64,000 bases of DNA from a virus: IMG/VR virus record IMGVR_UViG_3300027796_000318, one strand, 5' to 3'. Below the pieces are notes generated by a model. The model saw nothing but the letters and a program-made list of their open reading frames with translations, was not told where the DNA came from and ran no database searches. The translations under genes were made by a program, and so were the position numbers. Shown here one piece after another: positions 56,006 to 64,000 of this stretch (its first letter is position 1; every line of letters starts with the position of its first letter).

Positions 56006-57559
56006 TCAATCCATCAGATCGAAGCAGCCGCCATCATCCCCGCTGGCCAGTTTTTCTCCGCCTGCGGGAGAGGGTGTCGAGTCGCTGCCATCCTCGGTTT
56101 CATCGCCCCACGCGAAGGTCCAGTGGGCTATTGTGGCGAAATGATCCCGGCACTCTCCAAGAGAGGGGAAATTCTTCCAGCCATTGACCCGCTTCCACGC
56201 TTTACTGCCGGCGACATCGACCAGCCACGCGCCGTTTTCGAAGTCTGGCACCCGAACCTTCTGGCCATCGGTGAAGCGTCGCGGCAGCATCCCGCGCAAC
56301 TGGACTGCCCAGGCTTCCAACGGCAGCTTGCGTTCGCGGCTGGTGCGGTCGCAGTAGCGGACGTAATCGTCATACAGAACCTTGGTCGGCACATCGCTTG
56401 GCCAATCGTCGCCATAGGGCAGCAGCCGCCCCTCGCGCAGCTTGCCCAGCCACCAGTGATTGATCAGCGGCATGGTGGCGACCTTCTGTTCCCACAGCGC
56501 CTCGGTCATCGGGATCTTGCGGAGATTGACCTGGGAGAGGTCGATCCGCTGGAGATAGGCCAGCAGGTGGCCCAACCCGCCAGCCTCCATTTCGGTGTCC
56601 ATCCGGGCGAAATAGTCGTGGTCCTGGATTCGCCCGTCACCGACATCAAGCACGCAGAAACGGCGCTCCTCGAAGGCGGCCGGGACGACCCAGGTGCTGT
56701 TGGAGGAGACATAGAGCCGGACCAGATTGCGGACCTGGACCCCGTCGATTCCTTTCTTTTCGAGCATGTGGACATCGCCGGTAACGAGATCCTTCAGCAC
56801 GCCCTCAGCCTCCTTATCGCCTGCCCAAAAGCCCTCATCAGCCTGCAACAACAGGCAATTGAACATGTGGCTGTTGAACTGGCCGGTCAGATGCTTGGAC
56901 TTGGCGATCTTGACATAATGGTCCCCCAGCAGCCGCCCGACGATTTCCCCCGGCTTGCTCTTGCCGGTGCCCTGGTGCCCGCGCAGCACCAGCGAGGTTC
57001 CCACCTTGCGCTCCGGGTGCTGGATCAGATCGGCGAACCATCCCCACACCCAGGCGGCGATATCACGGTTGCCCCGGGCGACATTGGTCAGGATGTGATC
57101 AACGAAGGTCGGGATGTGTTTCAGATGGTCGGCAGGGTCCGGGTAAGGCGGGGCCGCTTCGACCGAGAACCCACGCCACAGATTGAAAAACCGGTTGCCG
57201 CACACTTCGTCCGGGATTCCCTCCGGGGCGAACTCGACCCCGGAAAATTTGCGGCGTAAGGGGCTCTTCAGCCAGATATCGCCGATCCCGACCATCCTCC
57301 GAGTTTCTTCGTCGAAGACCCTTTCTTCGGACAGCCAGTCGCGGAAATCGCCGGTCCCCATAAACTCGACCACTCGCCGGCGCTGGAAATTATAGGTCTC
57401 GCGCAGGATGCGGGCCTTGCCGCCCAGCAGGACCAGGGCGAACTCCTCGGAGATTTCCTGCAACCGTCGCTCAACCGGGTCATTGGACCGCTGGACTCCG
57501 CCGGGCTTGCCCCGTGCCCGTTCTTTCTTGGCTTTGGCCAAATCAATCGGTGCGCTCAT
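56006..57559 (-). CDS. SF3/D5-like helicase (DUF5906-type)
   Basis: GHQGTGKS, LQADE, VSSN, ERRF. Confidence 0.88.
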   Translation of the reverse strand: MSAPIDLAKAKKERARGKPGGVQRSNDPVERRLQEISEEFALVLLGGKARILRETYNFQRRRVVEFMGTGDFRDWLSEERVFDEETRRMVGIGDIWLKSPLRRKFSGVEFAPEGIPDEVCGNRFFNLWRGFSVEAAPPYPDPADHLKHIPTFVDHILTNVARGNRDIAAWVWGWFADLIQHPERKVGTSLVLRGHQGTGKSKPGEIVGRLLGDHYVKIAKSKHLTGQFNSHMFNCLLLQADEGFWAGDKEAEGVLKDLVTGDVHMLEKKGIDGVQVRNLVRLYVSSNSTWVVPAAFEERRFCVLDVGDGRIQDHDYFARMDTEMEAGGLGHLLAYLQRIDLSQVNLRKIPMTEALWEQKVATMPLINHWWLGKLREGRLLPYGDDWPSDVPTKVLYDDYVRYCDRTSRERKLPLEAWAVQLRGMLPRRFTDGQKVRVPDFENGAWLVDVAGSKAWKRVNGWKNFPSLGECRDHFATIAHWTFAWGDETEDGSDSTPSPAGGEKLASGDDGGCFDLMD

Positions 57560-59505
57560 GCTGCCCCCTGAACGGCTTCGGCCGTCACTTGGATGCGGGG
57601 CCGCCGCAAGCGGGGGGGGCGAACGTGCTTATCCAGCCTCTCCCCCAGCTCGATTGATGCGGCCACCAAGGTGGAGAGAGGGCCAAGCGCCGCCCAGGCG
57701 CGGCCCCAATCGATCATAAACACGCTGTCGCGGTCTGCGGCGCGGTCGCGCAGCCAGTCGCGCGGACCATCGGCCACTGCCACCGGGCAAGTCAGGCCAT
57801 CGGCCTCGTGGGCCAGAGCCTCCGCTACCACATCCTCGCCCAGGATCGCGGCATGACCGGTTCGGCTGGCGATTTCGTCAGTGCGCGGATTCCAGGCGAC
57901 CAGATCCAGCAGCGCCGAGCCCGGTCCTTCCGCCCAAACCGGGATCAGCAGCACCGAGACCCCGGCTTCGGCCGGGTGCCACAGCGTCGGGCGCGGGGCG
58001 TCGGGCCAATCCTGTCCCGCTGCGGCCCGGCCTAACGCCAGAATCGCCCGGCTGAGGCCCAACCCGCCCAGGTGCTGCCACAGCGCCTCGGGATTGATGC
58101 CGTTATCGGCCAGCCAGGGCCGGACTTTGCCGGCTTCGGCTTCGGCGCGGGCGGTGGTCCATTCCTCTGCGATGGACCCGTGACCGGGCCGGGGGGCGAA
58201 TTTGCGCCGGCTGCGACCGACCAGCAGAGCCGGCGGGGCCGGGCGATAAGCGCGCCGCAGCCGCTCGCGCCAGTGATCCAGCACCGCCCGGCGCAGGCCG
58301 GGATGGGCGATGGTCGCGGCCAGACTCGCCAAGGTCCGCTCGAACGCGGCGAGGCGTTCCGGGGTATCGGGCGGAGCCCCACGCAAAGCGAGGCCCCACA
58401 GCCATTCGACGGCCGACCGCGATCCCGCCAGAGCCCGGCGCAGCGCCTCCGGCCCGTGCTGGCGCAGCAGGGAATCAGGATCGTGCCGGCGGGGCAGGCC
58501 GGTGGCAAAGCGCAGGCTCCGGTCTGGCGCCAGCAGCGGCAGAGCGCGGCGGGCGGTCCGTTCCATTGCCGCCTGCCCGGCCGCGTCGCCATCGAGGCAG
58601 ACCAGGATTTCCGGCGCTACCCGCCACGCCGCCTCCAGATGCCGCTCGGTCAAAGCGGTGCCGAGGGGGGCGACCGCCAGCGGCAGGCCGGCCCGATGCA
58701 GGGCAATCACATCCAGGTAGCCCTCAACCACGATCACCCGGCCGGCATCGGTGGCGGCGGCGCGGGCTTGGGCCAGCCCGTAGAGGGTCGCGCCCTTGTC
58801 CCACAAAGGCGTTTCCGGCGAGTTGAGGTATTTCGGCCCCTCGCCAGCGATCAGCCGACCGCCGAACGCCACCACCTGGCCGCGCCCGTCAGTGATCGGG
58901 AACAGCACCCGGCCCCGAAACAGGTCGCGCGCCGGGCCGTCCTGACTTGGCCGCACCAGTCCGGCCTCGATCAGCAGGGATTCGGGATAAACCGCGCTCC
59001 CCAGCCCGCGTTGCAGAGCCTGCCCAGCAGCTGGTGCCCAGCCCAGGCGCCACCGGGCGATGGTCTCATCATCCAGCCCGCGCCCGCGCAGATAGGCCAG
59101 CCCTTCGGCGCCGGCCGGACTCTGCAATTGGGCCTCATACCAGCGGCAGGCCGCTTCGAGCGCCTGATGCAGCGAGGCCCGGCGCTGATCCTGCGCCCGC
59201 TCTTCGGGGGTGGCGCGCGGGATCTCCAACCCGGCCTCGGCCGCCAGCGTTTCGACCGCCTCGATAAAGGAGAGCGATCCGGCGCGCATCTCGAACGCGA
59301 TCACGTCGCCATGGGCGCCGCAGCCGAAGCAATGGAAGAAGCCCTTGTCCTCATTGACGGTGAAGGACGGGCTCTTTTCGTTGTGGAACGGGCACAGCCC
59401 ACTGTGTTTCCGGCCCTTGCGGGTCAGCTTGACCCGCCGGCCGACCACCGACGCCAGGGGAACCCGGGCGCGCAGCTCGTCGAGAAAGGAGGCGGGGAAG
59501 CTCAT
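57556..59505 (-). CDS. DnaG-like primase (CHC2 zinc finger, Toprim)
   Basis: CPFHNEKSPSF...HCFGCG, KYLNSPET, VEGYLDV, LDGDAAG. Confidence 0.95.
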   Translation of the reverse strand: MSFPASFLDELRARVPLASVVGRRVKLTRKGRKHSGLCPFHNEKSPSFTVNEDKGFFHCFGCGAHGDVIAFEMRAGSLSFIEAVETLAAEAGLEIPRATPEERAQDQRRASLHQALEAACRWYEAQLQSPAGAEGLAYLRGRGLDDETIARWRLGWAPAAGQALQRGLGSAVYPESLLIEAGLVRPSQDGPARDLFRGRVLFPITDGRGQVVAFGGRLIAGEGPKYLNSPETPLWDKGATLYGLAQARAAATDAGRVIVVEGYLDVIALHRAGLPLAVAPLGTALTERHLEAAWRVAPEILVCLDGDAAGQAAMERTARRALPLLAPDRSLRFATGLPRRHDPDSLLRQHGPEALRRALAGSRSAVEWLWGLALRGAPPDTPERLAAFERTLASLAATIAHPGLRRAVLDHWRERLRRAYRPAPPALLVGRSRRKFAPRPGHGSIAEEWTTARAEAEAGKVRPWLADNGINPEALWQHLGGLGLSRAILALGRAAAGQDWPDAPRPTLWHPAEAGVSVLLIPVWAEGPGSALLDLVAWNPRTDEIASRTGHAAILGEDVVAEALAHEADGLTCPVAVADGPRDWLRDRAADRDSVFMIDWGRAWAALGPLSTLVAASIELGERLDKHVRPPRLRRPRIQVTAEAVQGAA

Positions 59506-60437
59506 GACCGCCTCGGTTCGCGGCGCATATCGCGGATGATTGCGAAAAGAGTGTCATCGTCCTCGTAGATCCAGTCTTTGAACGCGCTCCGGCACGCTTC
59601 CAGCGAAGGCAGGTGGTAGCCACTCCGGCGCACGCCCTCGACCCGGACTTTTTGCTCCCGATGGAACCCGCATGTGGGCATCACCACGCCCAAAGAGCGG
59701 CCGAAGCCCTCGCGCGACAGCAGCCGGATCTCGCCATGCCCTGCCGTGAAGGTCCGGTAATGGCCATAAAGCCCCTCGCCACTGATCTCGACCGGCCAGC
59801 CTTCGCCCGGCGCGAATTCGCCCTGCCGCAGCACCAGCCCCCACCATGCCCTGAAACCGGGATTCAGGCGCGGGGCTGAAGATTCGGGACGGGGGGCGGT
59901 GGTCATCGTCGGCGCTGCCGGCGGAGCCGATGCCGTGCCGCTGACCGGGAAAGGCGACAGGGGGGAACTGGGGGCGTTCCAGACCCGCGCCGCTTGGTCG
60001 GTGCCGAACAGACGCGCGGCCGGCTCGATCACCTCGCGCACGAACTGGCCCATCACGGCGATGGGGTCGGGCTGGGTGGTCGGGGCTGATGGTGGTAACT
60101 GGCCGCGCCGATAGGCCATGTAGACCTCGATCAGCATATAGCGGGCATCGGGGGCATTCGGCGCATCCGACAGGGCGGATAGGCAAAGGGCCTGCCCCTC
60201 GGTCAGCCAGTATGCGTTTGACGGTCTGCCGCCCTTTTCTGAGGTTTGCATCACCGTGATGCAAACCTCCCCGTAGCGGGAAAGCTCATCACGGTTACGC
60301 TCGATCAATTGGCGGATGTTCGTGGGGCGCACCATTCCCAGAACCTCACCCAGGCGGGTGTCCAAGATGCGCGGTTCGTCGAAATGGGAAATGTCCAAGT
60401 CCGCGATCGTGAGCGCAGACGGATTCGTGGCGTTCAT
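59502..60437 (-). CDS. Antirepressor-like DNA-binding protein
   Basis: DEPRILDTRLGEVLG...IRQLIERN...GGRPSNAYWLTE; C-terminus resembles the helicase C-terminal region. Confidence 0.7.
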   Translation of the reverse strand: MNATNPSALTIADLDISHFDEPRILDTRLGEVLGMVRPTNIRQLIERNRDELSRYGEVCITVMQTSEKGGRPSNAYWLTEGQALCLSALSDAPNAPDARYMLIEVYMAYRRGQLPPSAPTTQPDPIAVMGQFVREVIEPAARLFGTDQAARVWNAPSSPLSPFPVSGTASAPPAAPTMTTAPRPESSAPRLNPGFRAWWGLVLRQGEFAPGEGWPVEISGEGLYGHYRTFTAGHGEIRLLSREGFGRSLGVVMPTCGFHREQKVRVEGVRRSGYHLPSLEACRSAFKDWIYEDDDTLFAIIRDMRREPRRS

Positions 60438-60703
60438 GACGAAGCCCTCACACTGGCGTTACAGGCGCCAACAGCAAGGCTTGTCACGGCCGCGCTGGTG
60501 GCGGGAGGTTGACAACCCGGAAGACTGGTGTGAGACAGGCTTCGGGCGGAGTAATTCCCCTTGCGGGTATTATATTCCTCGCCCTCCCGCCATAGCGGGA
60601 CATGCTCCGGACGGTCTCCGAGCATGAAAAAGGCCACGATGCTCTCGGGGTGGCGGCCGCTCACACTGTCTTCGGAGGTTGTCACGCCTCCAAACCCGAG
60701 CAT
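60434..60703 (-). CDS. Ash/Icd-like leader ORF
   Basis: Spans the C4 RNA (EYNTRKGN...PGCQPPAT); start overlaps the predicted -10, so uncertain. Confidence 0.35.
   Translation of the reverse strand: MLGFGGVTTSEDSVSGRHPESIVAFFMLGDRPEHVPLWREGEEYNTRKGNYSARSLSHTSLPGCQPPATSAAVTSLAVGACNASVRASS
60499..60592 (-). ncRNA. C4-type antisense RNA
   Basis: Closing stem TGGCGGGAGG/CCTCCCGCCA, CGCAAG-capped hairpin, loops CTCACAC and TTGTCAA complementary to flanking GTGTGAG and GTGACAA sites. Confidence 0.8.
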
Positions 60704-60773
60704 GGCGCCAACCGGCCGCGCGGTCAAGCTCCTGATGTGATGATGACGACGGTTCGAACTGCGTCGCAAAAAA

Positions 60774-60827
60774 TACACACCCATGTGTACTTTTTTGCTT
60801 GACGCTATACACATGCATCGCCATAAT
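60774..60827 (+). promoter_or_regulatory. hicAB promoter and operator
   Basis: TTGACG-17-CATAAT; TACACA-CCCA-TGTGTA palindrome. Confidence 0.7.
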
Positions 60828-60850
60828 AGGCAGCAAGAAAGGAGGTCGCC

Positions 60851-61042
60851 ATGTTGAGCAGTCGTGAAATCATCAAGAAAATCGAGAGTGATGGGTGGTT
60901 CAAGGTCGGTCAGGTTGGGGACCATGTGCAGTTCAAACACCCGACCAAAACCGGCAAGGTCACAGTGACCCACCCAAAGAAAGACTTCTCGATCAAGATG
61001 GTAAGAACCATCGAAAAGCAAACGGGTGTCCGCCTCCTTTAG
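60851..61042 (+). CDS. hicA: HicA toxin
   Basis: SREIIKKIESDGW...GDHVQFKHPTK.GKVTVTHPKKD. Confidence 0.93.
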   Translation: MLSSREIIKKIESDGWFKVGQVGDHVQFKHPTKTGKVTVTHPKKDFSIKMVRTIEKQTGVRLL

Positions 61043-61138
61043 GGGGCGGTTCCCATCTCTCAACAGGCGACCTCTCTCAATCGAATCACACTGCGGTTCT
61101 TTATATAAAAAGATCCTCCTACCACAGGGGCCTAAGCC

Positions 61139-61534
61139 ATGAAGCGCATCTATCCCGCCTTGATCGACAAAGATCCAGACAGCATCTTCGGCATCACCTT
61201 TCCTGACTTCCCGGGCTGCGCCTCGGGCGGGGATACAATCGAAGAGGCCATTGCCGCCGGCACGGAAGCGCTCGCCATCCACATCGGCCTGATGGCGGAA
61301 GACAATGACCCGATCCCCGCACCGACCCCGGTTCAGGAGGTGAAGTGGGAACCGGATGAAAATGTGATCTGCGTCACCCTGATTCAGGTCGCCATTCCCG
61401 GCCGGGCCAAGCGGGTTAACGTCACCCTTGATGAGGGGTTGCTGGAGGAAATCGACGCGATCAGCAACAACCGTTCGGGCTTTCTGGCCGCAGCGGCCCG
61501 GGCTGAACTGGTTCGCCGCCGCGCAGCGGCCTGA
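61139..61534 (+). CDS. hicB: HicB antitoxin
   Basis: FGITFPDFPGCASGGDTIEEA...KRVNVTL...NRSGFLA. Confidence 0.95.
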   Translation: MKRIYPALIDKDPDSIFGITFPDFPGCASGGDTIEEAIAAGTEALAIHIGLMAEDNDPIPAPTPVQEVKWEPDENVICVTLIQVAIPGRAKRVNVTLDEGLLEEIDAISNNRSGFLAAAARAELVRRRAAA

Positions 61535-62108
61535 TTGACGCCGGCCGGCCGGAAGAGGGGCGTTCATAACAACCACCCCTGTTTCGGCGTGGCGGCGGTG
61601 GCGGTCGGCGCCGACTTGGGCTCCAATTGGAGCGGTGCCGGCATCTGGGGCCAATGGGTTCGGCAATACCAAGTGATCGGCCCGCCGATCTCCCCCGGCC
61701 GGGTCTTGAGGCCCCAGCCACAGCCGACCCCGCACACCACGCAATGATGGTCACCGTCAGAGGTCATCGTTTCCCACCGGCAAAGAAGGTGCGAACCGCG
61801 TTCGCGATCTCGCGGGGGGAGGCCTCGCCGACCAGATCCGCCAGGATCTTGCCGAGCGGCCACATTGCCCGCAGCCGGCGGGCAATGGCCCGGCGCAAGC
61901 CGGGATTCATCGCGCCACCAGCACGGTCAACCACGTCATCCCCGAGAGCAGGGAGAGGGAAACGGCGGCAGCATCAAGGATTTGAGCCAGTAGAAGCGCG
62001 GTCATGATCCGGCCCTCCCGCAGATCACAAAGGGGCGCAGGCTCCGGCGATAGCGGCGGCATTTCCGGCGGCGGCGCGGTCCGCGCCAGCACAACATCGG
62101 CCTTCCCA

Positions 62109-62603
62109 TCATGATCCCCCTCCCTGGTCGGCGCCGGGATGGCGCAGGTGGTAAAGCATTTCCTCGGTCCGCTGCGCGGCGAGGACCACCGCGCGCAGTT
62201 TGGCGAGGCATAAATCCAACTCCCATGGGTCGCGGCGCCCATCGGCTTCCATCTCGACGACTGCACCGGAGAATGCCCCCATCTCGGCTTCAAGCCGCAG
62301 GGCGGCGAGCATCGGCGCGGCGCCGGGAAGGTCACCAGCAGGGCCAGCAGGTACCAGTTGGTATCCGGCCAGGGCGGCGAGAACCCGGGTAACAATCGGA
62401 TCGCTGACGTCTGCTTCCAGGTCGGCGAGGACATCAGCCGGGATGTGTTGTTCGTCGCCGGGCTGGGTGTAGCGGTGCAGGGAAGTCTTGGAGGCGCGGC
62501 AGACCATCTCCGCGCTTTCCAGCCCGCCAGCCAGGGTCACCAGCTGACGGGCCGCCGCCTTGATCCGCGCCTTACCAGCGCTGGAAATGCGGGTGGTCTT
62601 CAT
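62109..62603 (-). CDS. CII/YmfL-like regulatory protein
   Basis: IKAAARQLV..AGG..A...IPADVLADLE. Confidence 0.65.
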   Translation of the reverse strand: MKTTRISSAGKARIKAAARQLVTLAGGLESAEMVCRASKTSLHRYTQPGDEQHIPADVLADLEADVSDPIVTRVLAALAGYQLVPAGPAGDLPGAAPMLAALRLEAEMGAFSGAVVEMEADGRRDPWELDLCLAKLRAVVLAAQRTEEMLYHLRHPGADQGGGS

Positions 62604-62701
62604 CTCGCGCCCCTTAGGTGATGGTAAAAATACGCAATGATTCCCATGGGCTGCATCGGTTCTCGCCCATAGAATGCCCCGGATCGCCGGGGGGAGATGC
62701 G

Positions 62702-62935
62702 ATGAGCAAAATTGAGATCTTGCTGACTGCCGCACCACCAGTCGGCACCGAGGCACGACGGGCTTGGCAGCAGGCTCTGGACGCGGCCATGGCGAAGTCG
62801 GTACGTCAGGTCATAGCCGCTGCCGGCGTGGCCCGTGCCGCCGCGATCGAGGCTGGCGACCACCGTTCCGCCCAACGGGCCGAACAGATCGCCGCCAATG
62901 CGCTGCGGCTGGCCGATCTGGCCGAAAAGCGGTGA
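62702..62935 (+). CDS. Small helical protein, opposite strand between cro and cII
   Basis: GGAG SD, Ala-rich ORF. Confidence 0.5.
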   Translation: MSKIEILLTAAPPVGTEARRAWQQALDAAMAKSVRQVIAAAGVARAAAIEAGDHRSAQRAEQIAANALRLADLAEKR

Positions 62936-62949
62936 GTCTACGCCAACCA

Positions 62950-63189
62950 TCACGCGGCCTCCGGTGGCTGGGACTCGGCGCTTTGGTCGGAACGAGGTAC
63001 ACCGTCAGGATGGGCCGCCATCCAGCTCCTTACTTTGTCGGCCGTGACGGTTTTGACGTCACCGCCACGCCGCAGGCGGCCGACAAAATGAGGATCCCCG
63101 ACTGTTAGACGTCCAAACGTCGTGGGAGCGACCCCGGTCTGATCCAGAAACGTCTCGATTTCGTAGGAAAGCGGGATTCGTGTGGTCAT
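62950..63189 (-). CDS. Cro-like regulator
   Basis: IETFLDQTGVAPTTFGRLTVGDPHFVGRLRRG. Confidence 0.85.
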   Translation of the reverse strand: MTTRIPLSYEIETFLDQTGVAPTTFGRLTVGDPHFVGRLRRGGDVKTVTADKVRSWMAAHPDGVPRSDQSAESQPPEAA

Positions 63190-63289
63190 GCGCCCCACAT
63201 TATGGGACGCATCATACATCGTCAATAGGGCTTTCACATGCTTCTATGGGGAAACATCCACGATGCACTCAGGTAAGATGCGGGGCATC

Positions 63290-63778
63290 ATGCGACGCGA
63301 TATGAGACGAGAACTGATCGATGAGTTTAAGCGTCGGCTGGAAAGCCGGATGAGGGACCGCGGATTAAATCGGCGATCCTTGTCCATAGCTGCCGGCCTG
63401 GGGGCAACGGCGGTCAGGGACATCCAGGAGGGAAAGTCTTCAGAGCCGCGCTACAGCACCATCCGGTGCCTTGCCGGGGCATTGCAATGCCATATGACAG
63501 ACTTAGTTCCAGACGACCCTAAGTGGCCAACGCTCCCCCAGAAAGACAGTGAAACGGCCTTTCTGGAGGAACAGCACATTCCCCTGCGTTTAGCTGAGGA
63601 TGCCATCACTGCATGCAGTGAAGCGGCGCTGCGTCTAGGCGTTGATCTCTCTCCTGATCGGATCGTTTTTTACGTCTCTAGACTTTGTAAGTGGGCTATT
63701 GCCCAGAAGCACGTCCCCTCTCTTGATGAGATGCGAACAGCTATCTCTTTTGCGATCACGCAAACAGCGGACGAATAA
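63290..63778 (+). CDS. CI-like repressor without S24 domain
   Basis: RLESRMRDRGLNRRSLSIAAGLGATAVRDIQEGKSSEPRYSTI; start approximate. Confidence 0.85.
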   Translation: MRRDMRRELIDEFKRRLESRMRDRGLNRRSLSIAAGLGATAVRDIQEGKSSEPRYSTIRCLAGALQCHMTDLVPDDPKWPTLPQKDSETAFLEEQHIPLRLAEDAITACSEAALRLGVDLSPDRIVFYVSRLCKWAIAQKHVPSLDEMRTAISFAITQTADE

Positions 63779-63880
63779 TCTTTTCACTTTTTCCAGGAGC
63801 CCCTTCCTCGCGGAAGCGGGCTCTTTTCTCATGTCCATGATAATCGCTATAAGCGTTTCGTTTGTGGTGCGCATCGTCAT
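63635..63880 (-). CDS. Small ORF convergent on and overlapping cI of prophage B
   Basis: MTMRTTNETLIAIIMDMRKEPASARKGLLEKVKRLF; helical; may be shorter or spurious. Confidence 0.35.
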   Translation of the reverse strand: MTMRTTNETLIAIIMDMRKEPASARKGLLEKVKRLFVRCLRDRKRDSCSHLIKRGDVLLGNSPLTKSRDVKNDPIRREINA

Positions 63881-64000
63881 CTCTAGCACTTGCTTCTGAC
63901 TCACCATCATATAACCAAATCTGATTGACGGTCATTGACCCACGCCTTTCAGCGTAAGGGTGGTGGTACCTCCCTCCGTAACGCGCACCCTTTTACAAGC

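Larger units (their letters stand above)
24485..64000. mobile_element. Prophage B (HK97 head, GTA-type tail, primase/helicase replication), truncated at right edge
   Basis: Immunity, replication, packaging, head, tail and lysis order on the minus strand; left boundary approximate. Confidence 0.88.

Noticed and set aside
60434-61744. 436-aa minus-strand ORF across hicAB
   Set aside because: Antisense to well-supported hicA/hicB; only the last 89 aa (ash-like) are plausible.

Overview
The window holds no recognisable host housekeeping genes. It looks like two tandem HK97-like temperate prophages of an alphaproteobacterium (host inferred from a Ros/MucR gene and RcGTA-type tail genes). Prophage A (1 to about 19.6 kb, truncated on the left) has portal, terL, terS and HNH, a 4-tRNA array, MucR, a DUF1376 initiator with iterons, RuvC, a cro/cI switch and a PL recombination operon (RecE-like, Sak4-like). 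A plasmid-type backbone (KfrA, ParA, RHH protein, two 11-bp-periodic repeat arrays, HTH Rep) and a tyrosine integrase follow at 19.6-24.4 kb. Prophage B (about 24.5 kb to past the right edge) has BrnTA, antirepressors, lysis genes, a GTA-like tail with an Mrr-type nuclease moron, a head module, DnaG plus an SF3 helicase, a C4-type antisense switch, HicAB and cro/cI. The most novel-looking items are: (1) an unannotated type I toxin-antitoxin-like locus (22-aa hydrophobic peptide, 14-nt anti-SD, antisense RNA with its own promoter and terminator) sharing an operon with an XRE regulator and palindromic operator; (2) a 48-aa ORF convergent on a peptidase-less cI that resembles the repressor's own C-terminal helices (SinI-like antirepressor candidate); (3) a tRNA array with a chimeric pseudo-tRNA and repeated structured spacers; (4) no recognisable neck genes in prophage B. 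Family assignments come from motif recognition by eye, not database searches.
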